A DNA stretch of 63,347 nucleotides, the filler included, from Olpidium bornovanus S191 (taxonomy: Eukaryota > Fungi > Olpidiomycota), in the NCBI GenBank assembly GCA_017911155.1. It is 30 parts of 30 records of this genome, joined end to end, with 100 filler letters (N's around TTAATTAATTAA, not from the genome) between each part and the next. Parts side by side here need not be neighbours in the genome. Positions count along the whole stretch, not along the records: positions 34,386 to 38,084 come from JAEFCI010000525.1; positions 38,185 to 39,559 come from JAEFCI010011162.1; positions 39,660 to 42,592 come from JAEFCI010002448.1; positions 42,693 to 43,822 come from JAEFCI010011486.1; positions 43,923 to 46,080 come from JAEFCI010006068.1; positions 46,181 to 47,212 come from JAEFCI010007799.1; 24 more parts are not named here. One strand, 5' to 3'. Shown piece after piece: positions 34,901 to 47,143 of the stretch (positions are counted from its first letter, which is position 1; every line of letters starts with the position of its first letter). The notes under the pieces are model-generated. The model was not told where the DNA came from. It ran no database searches and worked only from the letters and a program-made list of their open reading frames with translations. Both the position numbers and the translations under genes were made by a program.

Positions 34901-36223
34901 CGATCCTTCAATATATTGGCGACGAGCGCCTTCATCTCGCTGAGGCCGGCGGTTGGTGCGCCGTATTCCGACGGAACGTCGACGAACGGGTACTGTCGAT
35001 CTAAGAGAACACCCAGCGCGGTCAGCAGTTGGAGGCCAAGGACGATCTACCCGGCGAAATTGACCTTTTCCACACCGGGCTCTAACGCCGGGATTCTCGT
35101 CCGGAAAATGTGCCTGCAGTCCTGGACCGCCTGCGGGAGAAGCGATCGCGGCATCGCGGCCGCGGTCCCGACCGCACGGTGTTTCGCACCGGGGAGCTGC
35201 CCGCCGGCCGGCGTCAGATCGAAAACGCGCGCCAGAAACGGCAGGGAACCGCCCGGAGCAGGAAAACGGCGACTCTGCGTTCGCAACAAAGGGGAATGGG
35301 GGGGGGGACACTCGCAGCGCCGAGAACCGCACGAACCACCACGCGGCCCGCGCCGTCCGGCCGGGGTCGGGGCCGGACCGACGCGGCGAGTCCCAGCCGG
35401 AGGGGCGGCCGCGGTGTCCAGCTCGTCCAGTGCCAACTCGGCATAACTGAGAAAGTTTCCTGGCCGGGTTGCTTTGAAAATCACGCCACTCGCAGGCCCC
35501 GTTCGGAGGGGGAGGGAGGGCTCACGAACGTTACGATGGCAAGCCCGTCTCCGACGCCCAGGCGGGCACTGCCGCCATTCTTGCACACGACCAATTTCAC
35601 GGCTTATGTCCAAGAGGCCCCCGGGCCAAACGTCAAATCCATGTCACGGTTTGCGGCGGCGGCACTCACGCCGGCAGATACCGCGTTCGGCCTTCTCTTC
35701 CGAAAATACCAAAACTGCGCGGTCGGTGCGCGCCGCGAATTGCCCGACTTGATGGAAATATCTGCTCTTTGCGGCGGCCCTCAAGCGGTTTTGATCAACC
35801 TCCCGTCGACGCCCCGCGCAGCACCAAAAACGGTTCAGATGACGGCGGGTAATCTCCAATATCGCCCGTATTCTCTAAGCCCATCGCACGCGGTCGGCCG
35901 AAAAGAATTGCCGATGCCCGCGCCAAAATGCCGTCATGTGCCGTGCTTTCTGGCCTCCCACGGTGAGGCCCTCAGGCGCGGATCAGGAAATCCTCTCTAG
36001 CCCTCGTGGTCCACCGCTCGCGCGGCTGCCGCGGACGGGTTATCCTCCTCCAAGTAAATTCCTGGGTATTGAAATATATTGAAATAATATGCGGGCGACT
36101 GCAGTCTCATTCGACGTGGAGGTTCCAAAGGACGTGTGACGCCAGTGCCAAGTTTGAGTTTGTAAAAAAAAGCCAGGGGACCAGCCCAGGCCAGAAGACA
36201 TCCAGCAATTTGTTTTGGCATTT

Positions 36224-37323
36224 CTACGCTCCACCGGTCCCTTCCTCAACCTGCCTGGCCATGACGGGCGGCAGCTTGAGCTTCGTTCGTATTTTGGGTG
36301 TCACGTGGTTTTGGGCAGATGTGGCGTCAGCGGCCAGGGTAACGCAGGTGCCCACCGCGGGCGACGCTGCCGCCGCCGCTGCAACGGCGGATCGGCTGAC
36401 TAGCGATGTCTTTTTTCGCTTCGCCGGCTGGATAGCTGAAGGATCCTCAAGCTGTCGAGACTGCTGTCGATGGTGCTGCTGCTGCTGTTGCGAGACGTCT
36501 TCGCTCGCCTCTTGCCGCGTCAGCTCCAGCGCCTAATCATAATTCAGCCGACAGTTAGAACAGCCAGACCGGAAAGCCGAAGTGCAAGAAACGGCCGGCT
36601 AGTCTTCGCTTTCGTTCTCATACCCTCTGGTAGGTCGTCGAAGACCTCGAGAATATCCGCTCCTCCTCCGGAATCTTGTGGTGTTTGATGATCCTTGGCG
36701 GGTTCAGGTACGCCTCGAAACCCTGCGCTATGTTTCCCGCGTGCTGCGTTTCCTCGAGGTACGATCCCTCCAGGTTGTAGATCTGGCACTCGAGGGTCGC
36801 CTGATTGGACGATGGTGGACGCGGCGTTCAGTTAAGCTGGCCAGAAATTGGACGCAATCTGCCAGTTTCGCAAGCAGCTCAGACTCACAAGGTGTTTATC
36901 GATCTGCCTTTTCCTCTGCACCAATTTCTGCAAACCTGTTCCAAAACAGCGAACCGTGATGTTAGTATTATTTTCTGTTACTATTATTATTATTATCTAT
37001 TTCACCTTTCATTTTGTTCGTTTTAATTTCTTTATTTTGGTATTTTGTTTTTTATTTTTTTAACTTTCTTTTTTTATTTTCTTTTTTATTTTCTTTTTTA
37101 TTTTCTTTTATTCGCTTTTTTTGGGAGGGGTGGGGGGTCAGAGGGGAACTGCCCTCCGGCGACTTTCTGTAAAAGCCATCGCGGGAAGATGGAAAGCACG
37201 GACGCGCCTTTCTTCCGGCCGCCACCGGCCCGCCGCCCTTGCCTCTGTCTCTCTCTTCCCAGAGCCCCCGCGCCTTCCACCTCGCGCCTGCTCACCCTCC
37301 TTGGCCTCGAGATACTGCTGCAT
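36224..37323 (-). CDS. EAF6: NuA4/NuA3 subunit Eaf6; spliced, 3' end uncertain
   Basis: Not present as such in the ORF track. Manual splicing gives MQQYLEAKE|GLQKLVQRKRQIDKHL|ATLECQIYNLEGSYLEETQHAGNIAQGFEAYL...EEERIFSRSSTTYQR|ALELTRQ...QQQQQ. Confidence 0.88.
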
Positions 37324-38186
37324 GTTCGGCGCGGTTGCTCCTGGTGGCGGCGGCAGCCTGCTGGTGCGGACTTAGTGTCGGGTGAGGTGGGGCTGAGGGT
37401 GCGAGGCAAGTACTAGATGGGGAGCCGACGTCTACCTTCCCGGCCGTCTGAGCGCCTCCGGCGACGGGGAAGAGCATCTGCCTTCGGGAGTAGAGCGGGG
37501 CGGGGGAAGGGCGTCCTGCTCCTCCGTTTTGGCTCGTGCGCTTCGGACGGAAGAGGCCCTCTGGGCGGCCGGGGAGTGCGCAGCCGAGCCGGAGGAGCCG
37601 TAAGAAACGCACGTGTTCGGGGCCCACCTCTGGTCCCGAGTCACGTGATCGATCTTTTGCGCGGTCGACCGTCTGACCACTCCGGCTGCGTCCGAGGCCA
37701 GACTTGCAGCTCGACCTCGTCCACCACCACAGGGCGGAAGATGAAATGTGCACACTGGATCAAAAAGCTTGTAGTCTTTTCCAACGAGGCTTTAGTAGTG
37801 CGCCACAGTCTGGCAACTTTGGAGAAAGCGGTTGCGGCAAGTAAGGCTCTTGCTGTTCGTTTTAGCGATGACTTTGGCGGTGACCGTGTGCTGCCGCTTC
37901 AGCTGTTCAACTGGTTTTGCCATGCCATACTTCACCGGGCCCAGCACCACGCATCAGGAAAACCCATGATCGGTAAAGGGCAGGTATAGGACGGTTTTGC
38001 TCAGGGTAAATCAATAAGAATACAAGTATTTCGGTTTGCAAAGATCTAAGTTTGACCCACAATCACCATAGATACTCAGTTACCNNNNNNNNNNNNNNNN
38101 NNNNNNNNNNNNNNNNNNNNNNNNNNNNTTAATTAATTAANNNNNNNNNNNNNNNNNNNNNNNNNNNNNNNNNNNNNNNNNNNNCA

Positions 38187-39088
38187 TGGTTCGCCAACCG
38201 GCGGACGCGGTACGGTCACACGGTGCGCCGGGACCACGAGGAAGCGACGAAAAGAGTCGCAACGGCAGACGAAGTGCGCGGCGGGCACCCGCGGGAGCGC
38301 GACGCGGCGCGCGCTGCCACGGAGCTCCAGACGTCGTACAAGGGGTGTGCGAGGGTGACTTGCAGGGACGGCGTCAGGCAGGGTACGCAACCCGGGGAGG
38401 TCCGGGTAGAAGGGACGGCGTCGCGGAACACGAGCCGCGCACCTTTCCGCAACCAACGGGCGATTCTTTTCTCGCTTAGATTACGGGAATCAGAAATCCC
38501 TCTGCTAACAAGGGCTTCCGTGTGTGCGCAGTCTCCGTGGCGTCGTCCGCGGCGACGTCGGCACCAGCCTCTACAACAATGTCGCCGCCCCTCTCGTTGC
38601 AGCAGCAGGCGGCTTTTCCGGCTGTGGCGCAGCCTGGGGCTGGAGCTCCGCGTCAGCCGCTAAACGGTGTCTCCGACGCGGCGGACGCGGGGAACGCTGG
38701 GGCCGTGACGCCTCCAGACGAGACGACGACGGCGACTCGGCCGGTGGAGACGGAGGCGGAGTTCCCGCTGGACGCGGTGTTTGACCGGAGGGCGTTCGGC
38801 GCGGAAGGTAAATGAAAAAAAAAAAAAAAAACGCGGAGTATCCTCGGTAGCAAAGCGGAAGACGGGATCGCGCCGAGGGGCCTCGCAATACCGCCGAAAC
38901 CTTAAAAAAGGTTTTTCTTTTTCCCCACACCAGATTACCAGGAATGGCACGCCCATTACCCGAGGTTTATTGTGCACCAAGTTGCGATGCCGGACGCGCG
39001 GAAAGCCGCCTGCCACCCCGCCGTCCCGGGCATCGTCTCGCCGGTTGCGGGCGGTCGGGGAGCATACAGTCCCGACGGGATGGGATGA
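38187..39088 (+). CDS. Homeodomain transcription factor, C-terminal part; spliced, 5'-partial
   Basis: The contig opens with WFANRRTR (homeodomain helix-3 signature WFxNRR). In-frame GT-AG splices continue through a low-complexity S/A/Q/P region to TGA at 39088. Only the end of the domain is visible. Confidence 0.55.
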
Positions 39089-39299
39089 CGGGCGGGGGCT
39101 CGCGGCTGACGTGCTAACATCAGGTCAGCGGGCGAGAGAACGACTCAATTTTATTCTGTCGCGCAGGGTGCGGAGGTTTTTTCTGTCTGCATTTTTGGCG
39201 CCTTTCTCGGCGGCAATTCGCTCTATCCCACTTCTGGCCGGGCCGGTCCCACTCCACCCCCGCCCCCGCCCCCCCCCCCCCCCCCCCTCCCCCCGGGCC

Positions 39300-39339
<40 letters not shown>

Positions 39340-40409
39340 TCTGTGCTCGGTGCGATATTTGTTCGGAGAGGGGGTTGGGTTCGTCCGCAGCCGGGCGAAA
39401 ACGCGTCTGGTCGTGCGCGAAAACGTCCGCCGGCGGTGGCCCCTGTTTGTTCCCCTGTCTGGCGTTGTTTCGCCCCCCCCCCCCCCCCCCCCCCCACCCC
39501 CCCCATCTTCTTTGTTGAACCGCCTCCCGCCTCCTCGGAACCCCTGAATGTTTCCTGTANNNNNNNNNNNNNNNNNNNNNNNNNNNNNNNNNNNNNNNNN
39601 NNNTTAATTAATTAANNNNNNNNNNNNNNNNNNNNNNNNNNNNNNNNNNNNNNNNNNNNCATGAAAAACAAAAGCGCAACGGAAACTGAGGATGCGGCGA
39701 GCTGTGGCCGTCTTTATCCGATGAGGAGGCGAAAAGGGAAACGCGAACGTGAAGCGAAACCTCCCGCGTCGGCGTTCCCTATGCCCGAGGTTCTCAATTT
39801 TTCCCAACCCCGTCGACGTGCGCAAACTCCACGAAAAATATACAACGGGAACCACGCATTCCCCTGGAAGGAACGCCGGAGGTTTGCTTTCTGGTCGCGC
39901 GGAGTCAGTTCCTTGGTGTCATCATCGAGTGACGTGCCTGCTGTCCCGTCGAGTCGAGCGAAACTTTGCGAAAAGTGTTTTGGGCCCAACGCAGAGAGAC
40001 ACCAGCAGGCGAAACCAAGATGGCTCGGTCCTCGGTATCAAATTGTATTAATATAAATTATACCTGTCTTTCCCCACGGTGGTGCACAGGAATCGCTGCT
40101 CGAAGGGCGGTAGATTCTTCCACAGTGCAACAACGATACCGTCCGTCTCCCTGTCTTTGGCGCACAGGCAGACACCCACGAAGGATAGATAACATTGTTG
40201 TCTTTCCAGGATTGTCATTACCAGCAGGACAACAATTGTTCCCCAAACGTAGCAAAAGCCAGACGGCCGTGCCTTGCAAGAGATAGGTAATTTCTCGCCA
40301 AACAGCCGGTGGGGGCGAGAGACGGAAGGCGCATTTCCGTCGATCGAAACGCGATACGGCCATGCGCTCCACCAGCACGGGCAAAGGCGAACTCGAATTA
40401 AAATGCCTC

Positions 40410-42357
40410 TCAATACCGCCGGATAAAGTTGTCCCTCCCCGCATTCCAGACGAACTTGCGGTTCCCGGTCGTACCCGCACCGACACAGACGGCGTACAAC
40501 GCGTCGACGTCCGGACCAGTGAATTCCTCCAAAACTTTGACGCCGTCTTCGCCTGCGATTCTGACCGTCGTGCAGCAGCCGTCCGCTGGTAACAACTCGG
40601 GCCAAAGGCACGGAGCGGATGTAAAGTCAGCGACCGCGACGAAAACCTAACTCCACAACGCCACAGCACAAGGAATAGAGCGTCTGCACTAACCGGATGC
40701 CAGCAGAAGGCGGTCGTCCTCTGCAAACACCATGTCGTTTACGGCCGTTCCGCCGCGGCGGAACTTGGCGACGATCATGGGATGGGCCCCAACGCCCACA
40801 ACTATGACCACCCCGTCGGACGTCGCGGCGGCGGCCTGCACCCCCGACGGACTCACGGCGCAGCTAGTTACGGGGCTGCCCAATTGGAACGAAAAAATCT
40901 TGCGGACGTTTGAAGAGCCCAGCGGGGCAGCGTTAGTCAATTCTTCGTTTTCAGAATAGCAAAACCGGGCGGAGACGCATGAAGGCGTCTGCTCACCTCC
41001 GCAGACGACTTCAGCTGCACCCCACGGAATGTCCCGTCCTCACCCGCGACCAAAAGTAACTTTCCGGATGTCCCGACTTCGGCTGATTCGTCGTCTAAAT
41101 TAGAAACGGCTTGGTAAGTAGCAGACTCGAGTAACTTCCAAATCATAGAACGGGCGCCCAGACGCCCTCCCCCTTTTCCTCCGGAAGCAACGTCCCCTCT
41201 GGCGGTACTGACAATGCAATTCTATTCACCGGCGAAGCGAATTTCAGGACGGTCCGAAGGGTCGAACCGGACGCTAGGTTTTTCCAACGCGCGCAGTAAG
41301 CTGTATGAAACGGGAACGACCTGCCCAACGACGGCAAAATCAGGCGCGTTGCCTACCGCACTCCCAAAGTTTTACCGTTCCGTCCCGCGAACACGAGAGG
41401 ATATTGCGGCCCTTATCCACGATCGCGGTATCAGACACGGCTGAACGAAAGTAGGTGCCAGTTACGGATGCGGGGAAAGGCGGCAGGTGAATCCCGACGC
41501 TGCGCTCGCCTAGAGGCCGTGCAACCTTGGGACCACCCACCTCCAGTGTGCCCCTTCAACACCCTCGCGCACACGCCGTCCAAGGCCGAGAATATCCGCA
41601 GTTGCATGTCCGTGGAACCACTTAGAACGACTGGAGGACCGGAGTGAGACAAGAGACTTCCGCGTACAGTTGAGGAGGCTCAGGACGAACACGTCGCACC
41701 TTGTCCCGACGGGAAAAACCGGCAGGTCCTGATGTCGCCGATGTGCCCCTTAAGCTCCAGCTGCAGAGGCGTAGCGGAGGCAAAGTGGGGGTGAAGGTGA
41801 TTCAGTGGCCGGGCGGGTTACTCGCCCCGCAGAATGGCCCAGAATTCCGCGCGCAAGCGTCCCAGCTTTCGGTGTAAAATGCGTACCCGCACCCGCCCGT
41901 CCTTCGCGTCTAGCAAGCGCAGCTGGCCTTCGTCGCCGCCGACCACCAGCAGCTGACCCTGCGGAGACACGTCCAGGCTGTTCGCCGGGCCCGCAACCGG
42001 CTTTGAAAAAGACGACCGGGGCGCGCGGACGAGAACGCCGTCCGCCCCGAGGACCGGACACGCGAGTGCGAACGAGGCCGAGTCCACCCATTCCGCTCCC
42101 AGGTCGCTTTCTGCAGTCAAGGCGGCGGCGGCCGTCTGCTGCTGCTGCGGCTCCCGGGTCTCGCGTGCCGCGGGCGGGGCGGGAGGCCCGACCAGCACTC
42201 CCGAGTGCACCGACGTGCACCCCTTCCGGTAGCACGACACCCAGAACCTGTCCCGCGGGGCCCTTCCCGCGGCCACGTCCCGGACCACGTCGTTCCAGTC
42301 CGCCTGCACAGTAACGCGCACGAGGTCCAGGGGCGGTTCGTCGACGTCTATTGCCAT
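40410..42357 (-). CDS. RPN14: WD40 proteasome assembly chaperone Rpn14/PAAF1; spliced, apparently complete
   Basis: VTVQADWNDVV...FWVSCYRKGCTSVH, LKGHIGDIRTCRFFPSGQ|VVLSGSTDMQLRIFSALDG...LKGHTG, GRNILSCSRDGTVKLWECG, and C-terminal EFTGPDVD...AGRDNFIRRY*. Confidence 0.88.
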
Positions 42358-42692
42358 CGCTCCTTGCTCCGCGCGAACGGCACGCGTGAGGGCGCCGCTT
42401 TGTTTGAGATGGCGGGGGAAGAGGGTTGACGATGGGAAAGGAAGCGGCGCCGCCATCGACGCCACCACCTCTTCCCCTCCCCCTCCCCGTTTCTGCCCCA
42501 CCCTCCTTCTCCTTCGGCCCGCGCCCAAGACCCCACATTACCGGCCTCGGCACGGAGGACCTGGATGGCTGGCTCAACGAAGACGAAACATGNNNNNNNN
42601 NNNNNNNNNNNNNNNNNNNNNNNNNNNNNNNNNNNNTTAATTAATTAANNNNNNNNNNNNNNNNNNNNNNNNNNNNNNNNNNNNNNNNNNNN

Positions 42693-43699
42693 CATGGCCA
42701 GCACCTCCTTCAAGATTGAGCGCACCAGAAGCGATCGCGCCTCCGACGGCGGGAGAAGCCGCGTTATCAGATATCCCGCCGTGGCGCGCAGCGTTTCCGC
42801 CTGTTTCCTCGGCGAGGCGAGATCCGTTAACGGGGACGTGGGGTTCTGCAGAACGTACTCGGCTAACGGCATGTTCGCCGCTTCGTATCGCCGGTACTCC
42901 CTCTGCGGGCGGGCAGACAGAGCGCCGGGGGTGGGGGGGGGGGTAAGGGGGTGCGTTCGTCAGAGAGGGGGGCGCCTTTTTTTTTCGGAGCTTCAAATAA
43001 CGCAAGGAAAAAAAGAAGGGAAAGGGTTCCGCAATTTATTTTCAGACGAACGGCCGGCGCCGGTTTCGAACTGACCATGTGCACGATCAGCAAGTGCGAC
43101 ACGCAGTATCCCGTCAGCACCGCCAATCGCGCGGGATCGGACTTCCCAAGGTGCGCGGCAAGGGAGCCCACGACTTGGTAGAGCGCACCTTTGACTGCGT
43201 TCGGAAACTCCTGCGCCGGTGCGACGGCGTCCGAGGCGGCGGCGGCGGCGGCGCCGTCCTCGGACGGGGGCGGCGCGCACAAGGCGCCGTACCAGCTCAT
43301 CACGTAGTCGCGGACGACGTGATCGACAAGGGCGGTGACGTGCGGGTCCAGCGCTCCGCTTGCGCTCAGCTTGACGGGGGCGGGGACGGCCGTCTGCGGC
43401 GGCGCCGGCGTGCGGAGGGCGTAGGCGTCCCCCGCCGCCTGGCAGTCGGGAGGCCCCCCCGGCGGCCCGCCGGCGCTCCTGCGCCTCCGGAGGCAGGCGA
43501 GCTCCTCCTCGTAGGCGGCGGACTTGTCGGCGAAGGCGTTCGCGCCGGGGAAGGCGACGAAATACCCGGCGGCGAAGGCCATCAGCACGGCCAGCACGGG
43601 GCCGGTCAGGCCGAGCAGCAGGAGCAGGAGCACCGGCAGCCCCGCGGCGGCGTAGAACCTCCGCTGCGGGGTGGAGAGCAGCTCGGACATGGAGTCCAT
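42693..43699 (-). CDS. PXA-domain membrane-anchored protein (Mdm1/Nvj3/SNX13-25 family); 3'-partial
   Basis: N-terminal hydrophobic segment, then LVDHVVRDYVMSWY...EFPNAV... and LRATAGYLITRLLPPSEARSLLVRSILKEVLA, characteristic of PXA domains. Confidence 0.85.
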
Positions 43700-43771
43700 T
43701 GCGGGCAGAAGCGACGGGCGGGCCCCCTCAGCGAACGAGAAGGCGGGCTGGGCGCGGACTGACTGCGGGGA

Positions 43772-43810
<39 letters not shown>

Positions 43811-43922
43811 AAAAAAAAAAAANNNNNNNNNNNNNNNNNNNNNNNNNNNNNNNNNNNNNNNNNNNNTTAATTAATTAANNNNNNNNNNNNNNNNNNNNNN
43901 NNNNNNNNNNNNNNNNNNNNNN

Positions 43923-44392
43923 GTGACGTCATAAATGGCGGTAAATTTTTTCAAACGCTTCGACCAGTAGAGCCCAGCAGGCAAACTGACTTCAAACTTT
44001 CTCCGGGAAACCTTAATGCGAAAGTCGCGGCAGAAGTCCATGTTGAGGTCCAGTCGTTCGATCCGCCGAGCGTCCTTTACCTCTCGTACCTGGATCCGAT
44101 CACGCACATGCCGAACGTGATCCGCATTGTCACGTCGCCCAACCCGGCAAACCCCGTCACCGTCGAAGTAGCCGGGCCGCCTGCGGAAGATGCCGAAATC
44201 GAGATGGTCGCCGACCCGGTGCTGACCGACTTGCTGCGGCGGTTCATGAACGTGCCGGGTCTAATGCGATCCGTCGCCGCCGACGGCTGGAGAGTCGGGA
44301 AGCGGAGAAGAGAAGCCAGGGTGGACGGCGGGTCGGCGGGCGGAGAATCGAACGAAGGGTTTGAGTGGGGAAACGGACGGACCGGGGTGTAG
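43923..44392 (+). CDS. C-terminal exon of a hypothetical protein (weak resemblance to the fungal Med1 C-terminus)
   Basis: The frame is open from the contig start (DVINGGKFFQTL...VEVQSFDPPSVLYLSYLDP...VLTDLLRRFMNVPGLMRSV) to TAG at 44392. The family call is from recall only. Confidence 0.4.
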
Positions 44393-45656
44393 CGTGCCAA
44401 AAATCCAGCGGGCGTTCGTCACGCCGCGCCTTGCGGAGCGACACGGCCTGGGGAAAGAGAAAACGTTTGAAAGTCCGGAAAACGGAGTGAAGCGGAGTAG
44501 GCACGAATAGAAATTTAGACGCGCGGCGCTGATGTCGTATGGATTATCTGCGTCGCTTGATGATGCGCCTAATCGTTTTTTTTTTCGGAACCAGGGAAGG
44601 GGGGGGGGGGGGGGAGGGGGAAGGGAGAGTGGGTGTAACGACGTCGCTTTCACGGAGTTCTCTCATTTCCGGAGCCCGCTAGGTTTTCGAGGGTTTTTCC
44701 TGCTCAATTTTTTTTCGCTTCGCCTCGGGGTCGCCGCGAAAACTCTTCGACAGGTTTCGCCCGTGTAGGGCGCGGTTCGTCCCAGGGTGCCCTGACCCGA
44801 CCGGAAACCGGGTGAGCCCCGAGCCTGGAAGAAAAAGAAAGAAGCGATGCCCGAGAAAGCGGGAGACCACCACTGCGCCCGAGCGACCGCAACGTCGGCC
44901 CGGGCGGGCTACGATGCGCTGCCGGTTCGAATGGTGTAAGGGACAAAAAACCCGCGCTGGAATACGTAACCCTCCCCCCTCCCGCTCCCCCCTCCCCTCG
45001 AAGGTCGGGCTTTCAACAACGAAAATAAAAAATTGCGCAAAGGTTCGATGCGCAGACACCCGAGGAAATGTCCAGCTGAACAAGAGGCACGTGAGGTGGG
45101 GCAGGAAGCTACGAACGAGACCCCAGGGAAGGGGGGAGAGGGCTTCAAACGATATTTCTTTGTTTTTTTGTTCTTTTCCTCTGTGCGTTTTCTTCATCGT
45201 TAGTCGTATACACTTCTGGCGGGTTTTCGCGTTTGGAGTTTTTTATGTTGGTTTGTCCGCGGGAACCACGTGTGATGGCGGTGTGGGAAATGCCGCGTTT
45301 CTCAAATCCAGCTGCGTCAACGGCCCCCACTTTCCCCCTTTCCCCATTCACCCCACAAAAACAAAAAAAGAAAATACCCGGCATGGGAATCTAGCGCGCG
45401 GGAATCTTACATTGATTGGGAAACGCGGAAAATTCCGGAGCCTTCCTGACGCGCTCCAAAAGGTCGGTGCGCGGGATATGCTGCGTCGAAAACCTTTTAA
45501 ATCATCCACCACCACGCCCCCCCCGCTTGCGCCATCAAAAATGGTTTTGCGTAAAGAATCCTGCTCCGAGAAACTTTCCGCCGCGGAGCGGCACGAAAAG
45601 AACTGCAATTTGCAAATCGTTCAACAATAAACTCGCTGCGCAAAAGGATCCTGCTG

Positions 45657-45727
45657 GGGCCTGACCGAGAATCGAACTCGGGTCTCACCCACCCTAAGGG
45701 TGAATTATACCACTAAACCATCAGGCG
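45657..45727 (-). tRNA. tRNA-Pro, anticodon AGG, intronless
   Basis: Reverse complement CGCCTGA TG GTTT AGTGGTA TAAT T CACCC TTAGGGT GGGTG AGAC CCGAG TTCGATT CTCGG TCAGGCC C gives a cloverleaf with A/B-box elements and G37. Position 1:72 is a C.C mismatch. Confidence 0.9.
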
Positions 45728-46434
45728 CTCTGAACACGAACGTAGAGCTTGCAGTTTGCAAAAATCAGTGGCAACGGCACTGCACTCGCCCATCTCCCCT
45801 GCCCCGAGCATCGGTGATACATCATTTGTCGGGGTTATCGCAATCAATGCGATAATTGTCGTAGTAGTCGCCGATGCATCCTCTGGCCTCGTGATCTTTT
45901 TTCGTACGCGTAGTAACCTTTCCCGCAGCGAGTACTTCCACGATTCTTTAACCGAACGACAAACCACGCTTCTGTCCAACTTGTTTCGTGGAGGGGTGGA
46001 CGGGGGGGGGGGGGGGGGGGGGGGGGGTGTCGCCCGGGAGGGGGGGGGGGGGGGGGGGGTGTGGGGGGGGTGTATGGCCANNNNNNNNNNNNNNNNNNNN
46101 NNNNNNNNNNNNNNNNNNNNNNNNTTAATTAATTAANNNNNNNNNNNNNNNNNNNNNNNNNNNNNNNNNNNNNNNNNNNNCCCCTCCCCCCCCCCCGCCC
46201 CCCCTTCCCCCCCCCCCCCCCCCCCCCCCCCCGTCCCCTTCTCTATCCGCTTGACAGCTCGTCATCTTCCCTCAAGCCAGCGAGTTTCCGTCACGTCTCG
46301 TCGTGCGCAAGTCGCCGGGCCCAGTTGCGGGCTTCGGCTCCGGGCCCGCCTGCGTTTCAGAGTTTCGCTTCAAAGTTTTGAGAGAAAACCGGGAGCGTTC
46401 CAAGAAAAAAACACGTGCGGAAACCCCGACCGTC

Positions 46435-46867
46435 GACGTCTCTCGCGGCCGGCCCGCGTGGGCTCCGCCTCGCCGTCGTCCCCTTGCTCTCGGAGGCCGA
46501 AGAACCGTTTTTTGGGGCCTCAAGGCTGAACCGGGTCAGTGTTGCTCCGGGAAGGCCTCAGCCGTCGCTGGCAGAACCGAGGCGACCGCGCGCGGCCGTC
46601 GGGCTCCGGTGCACCGGCCGTCCGGGGGCGCCGCGGCGGCCGACGTCTCTCGCGGCAGGCCCGCGCGGGTCTCCGCCTCGCCGCCGTATACTCGCTCTCG
46701 GAAGCCGAAGAACCTGCCTGTGTTTTTTTTTTTTTTTTTTTGGTTCCGACCCTCAAGACTGCACCCGGTCAGTTCTCGTTTTGGGAAGGCCTCAGCCGGC
46801 ACCGGCAGAACCGAGCCGACCGCGCGCGGCCGTCGGTCTCCGGAACGCCGGCCGGCCGGAGGCGCCG
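46435..46867. repeat. Two-copy diverged GC-rich tandem repeat, period about 207 bp
   Basis: gacgtctctcgcggc...ccgaagaacc...gggaaggcctcagccg...ggcagaaccgag...gaccgcgcgcggccgtcgg starts at 46435 and again at 46642. Confidence 0.85.
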
Positions 46868-47112
46868 GTCCCCGGCGGAAAGACGTCCGGCGCTCTGCCG
46901 GGAAGCGGGGGCGCGCCAGGCGCTCCGGAGACGGGCGAGCGCGAAACAGATAAAAGAGCTCCGCAGTGGAGGTTGGAGGGGAAAGAGGAAGCGCGCGCGC
47001 GCGCCAAAAAAAAAAAAAAAAAAAAAGGGGGGGGGGGGGGGGGGCCGCGGCCCCTTACTCCTTTCCACCACCGCCTTCCCCCCCGGTTGGACGAGGAAAC
47101 GAGCGCGCGCCA

Positions 47113-47143
<31 letters not shown>

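Noticed and set aside
35110-36000. 296-aa plus-strand ORF
   Set aside because: No motif; splice signals in the region favour the minus strand. Probably a shadow ORF.
38745-38810. EFPLDAVFDRRAFG as a possible chromodomain start
   Set aside because: The next exon lacks the YLVKWxG motif. It is better explained as the tail of the homeodomain protein.
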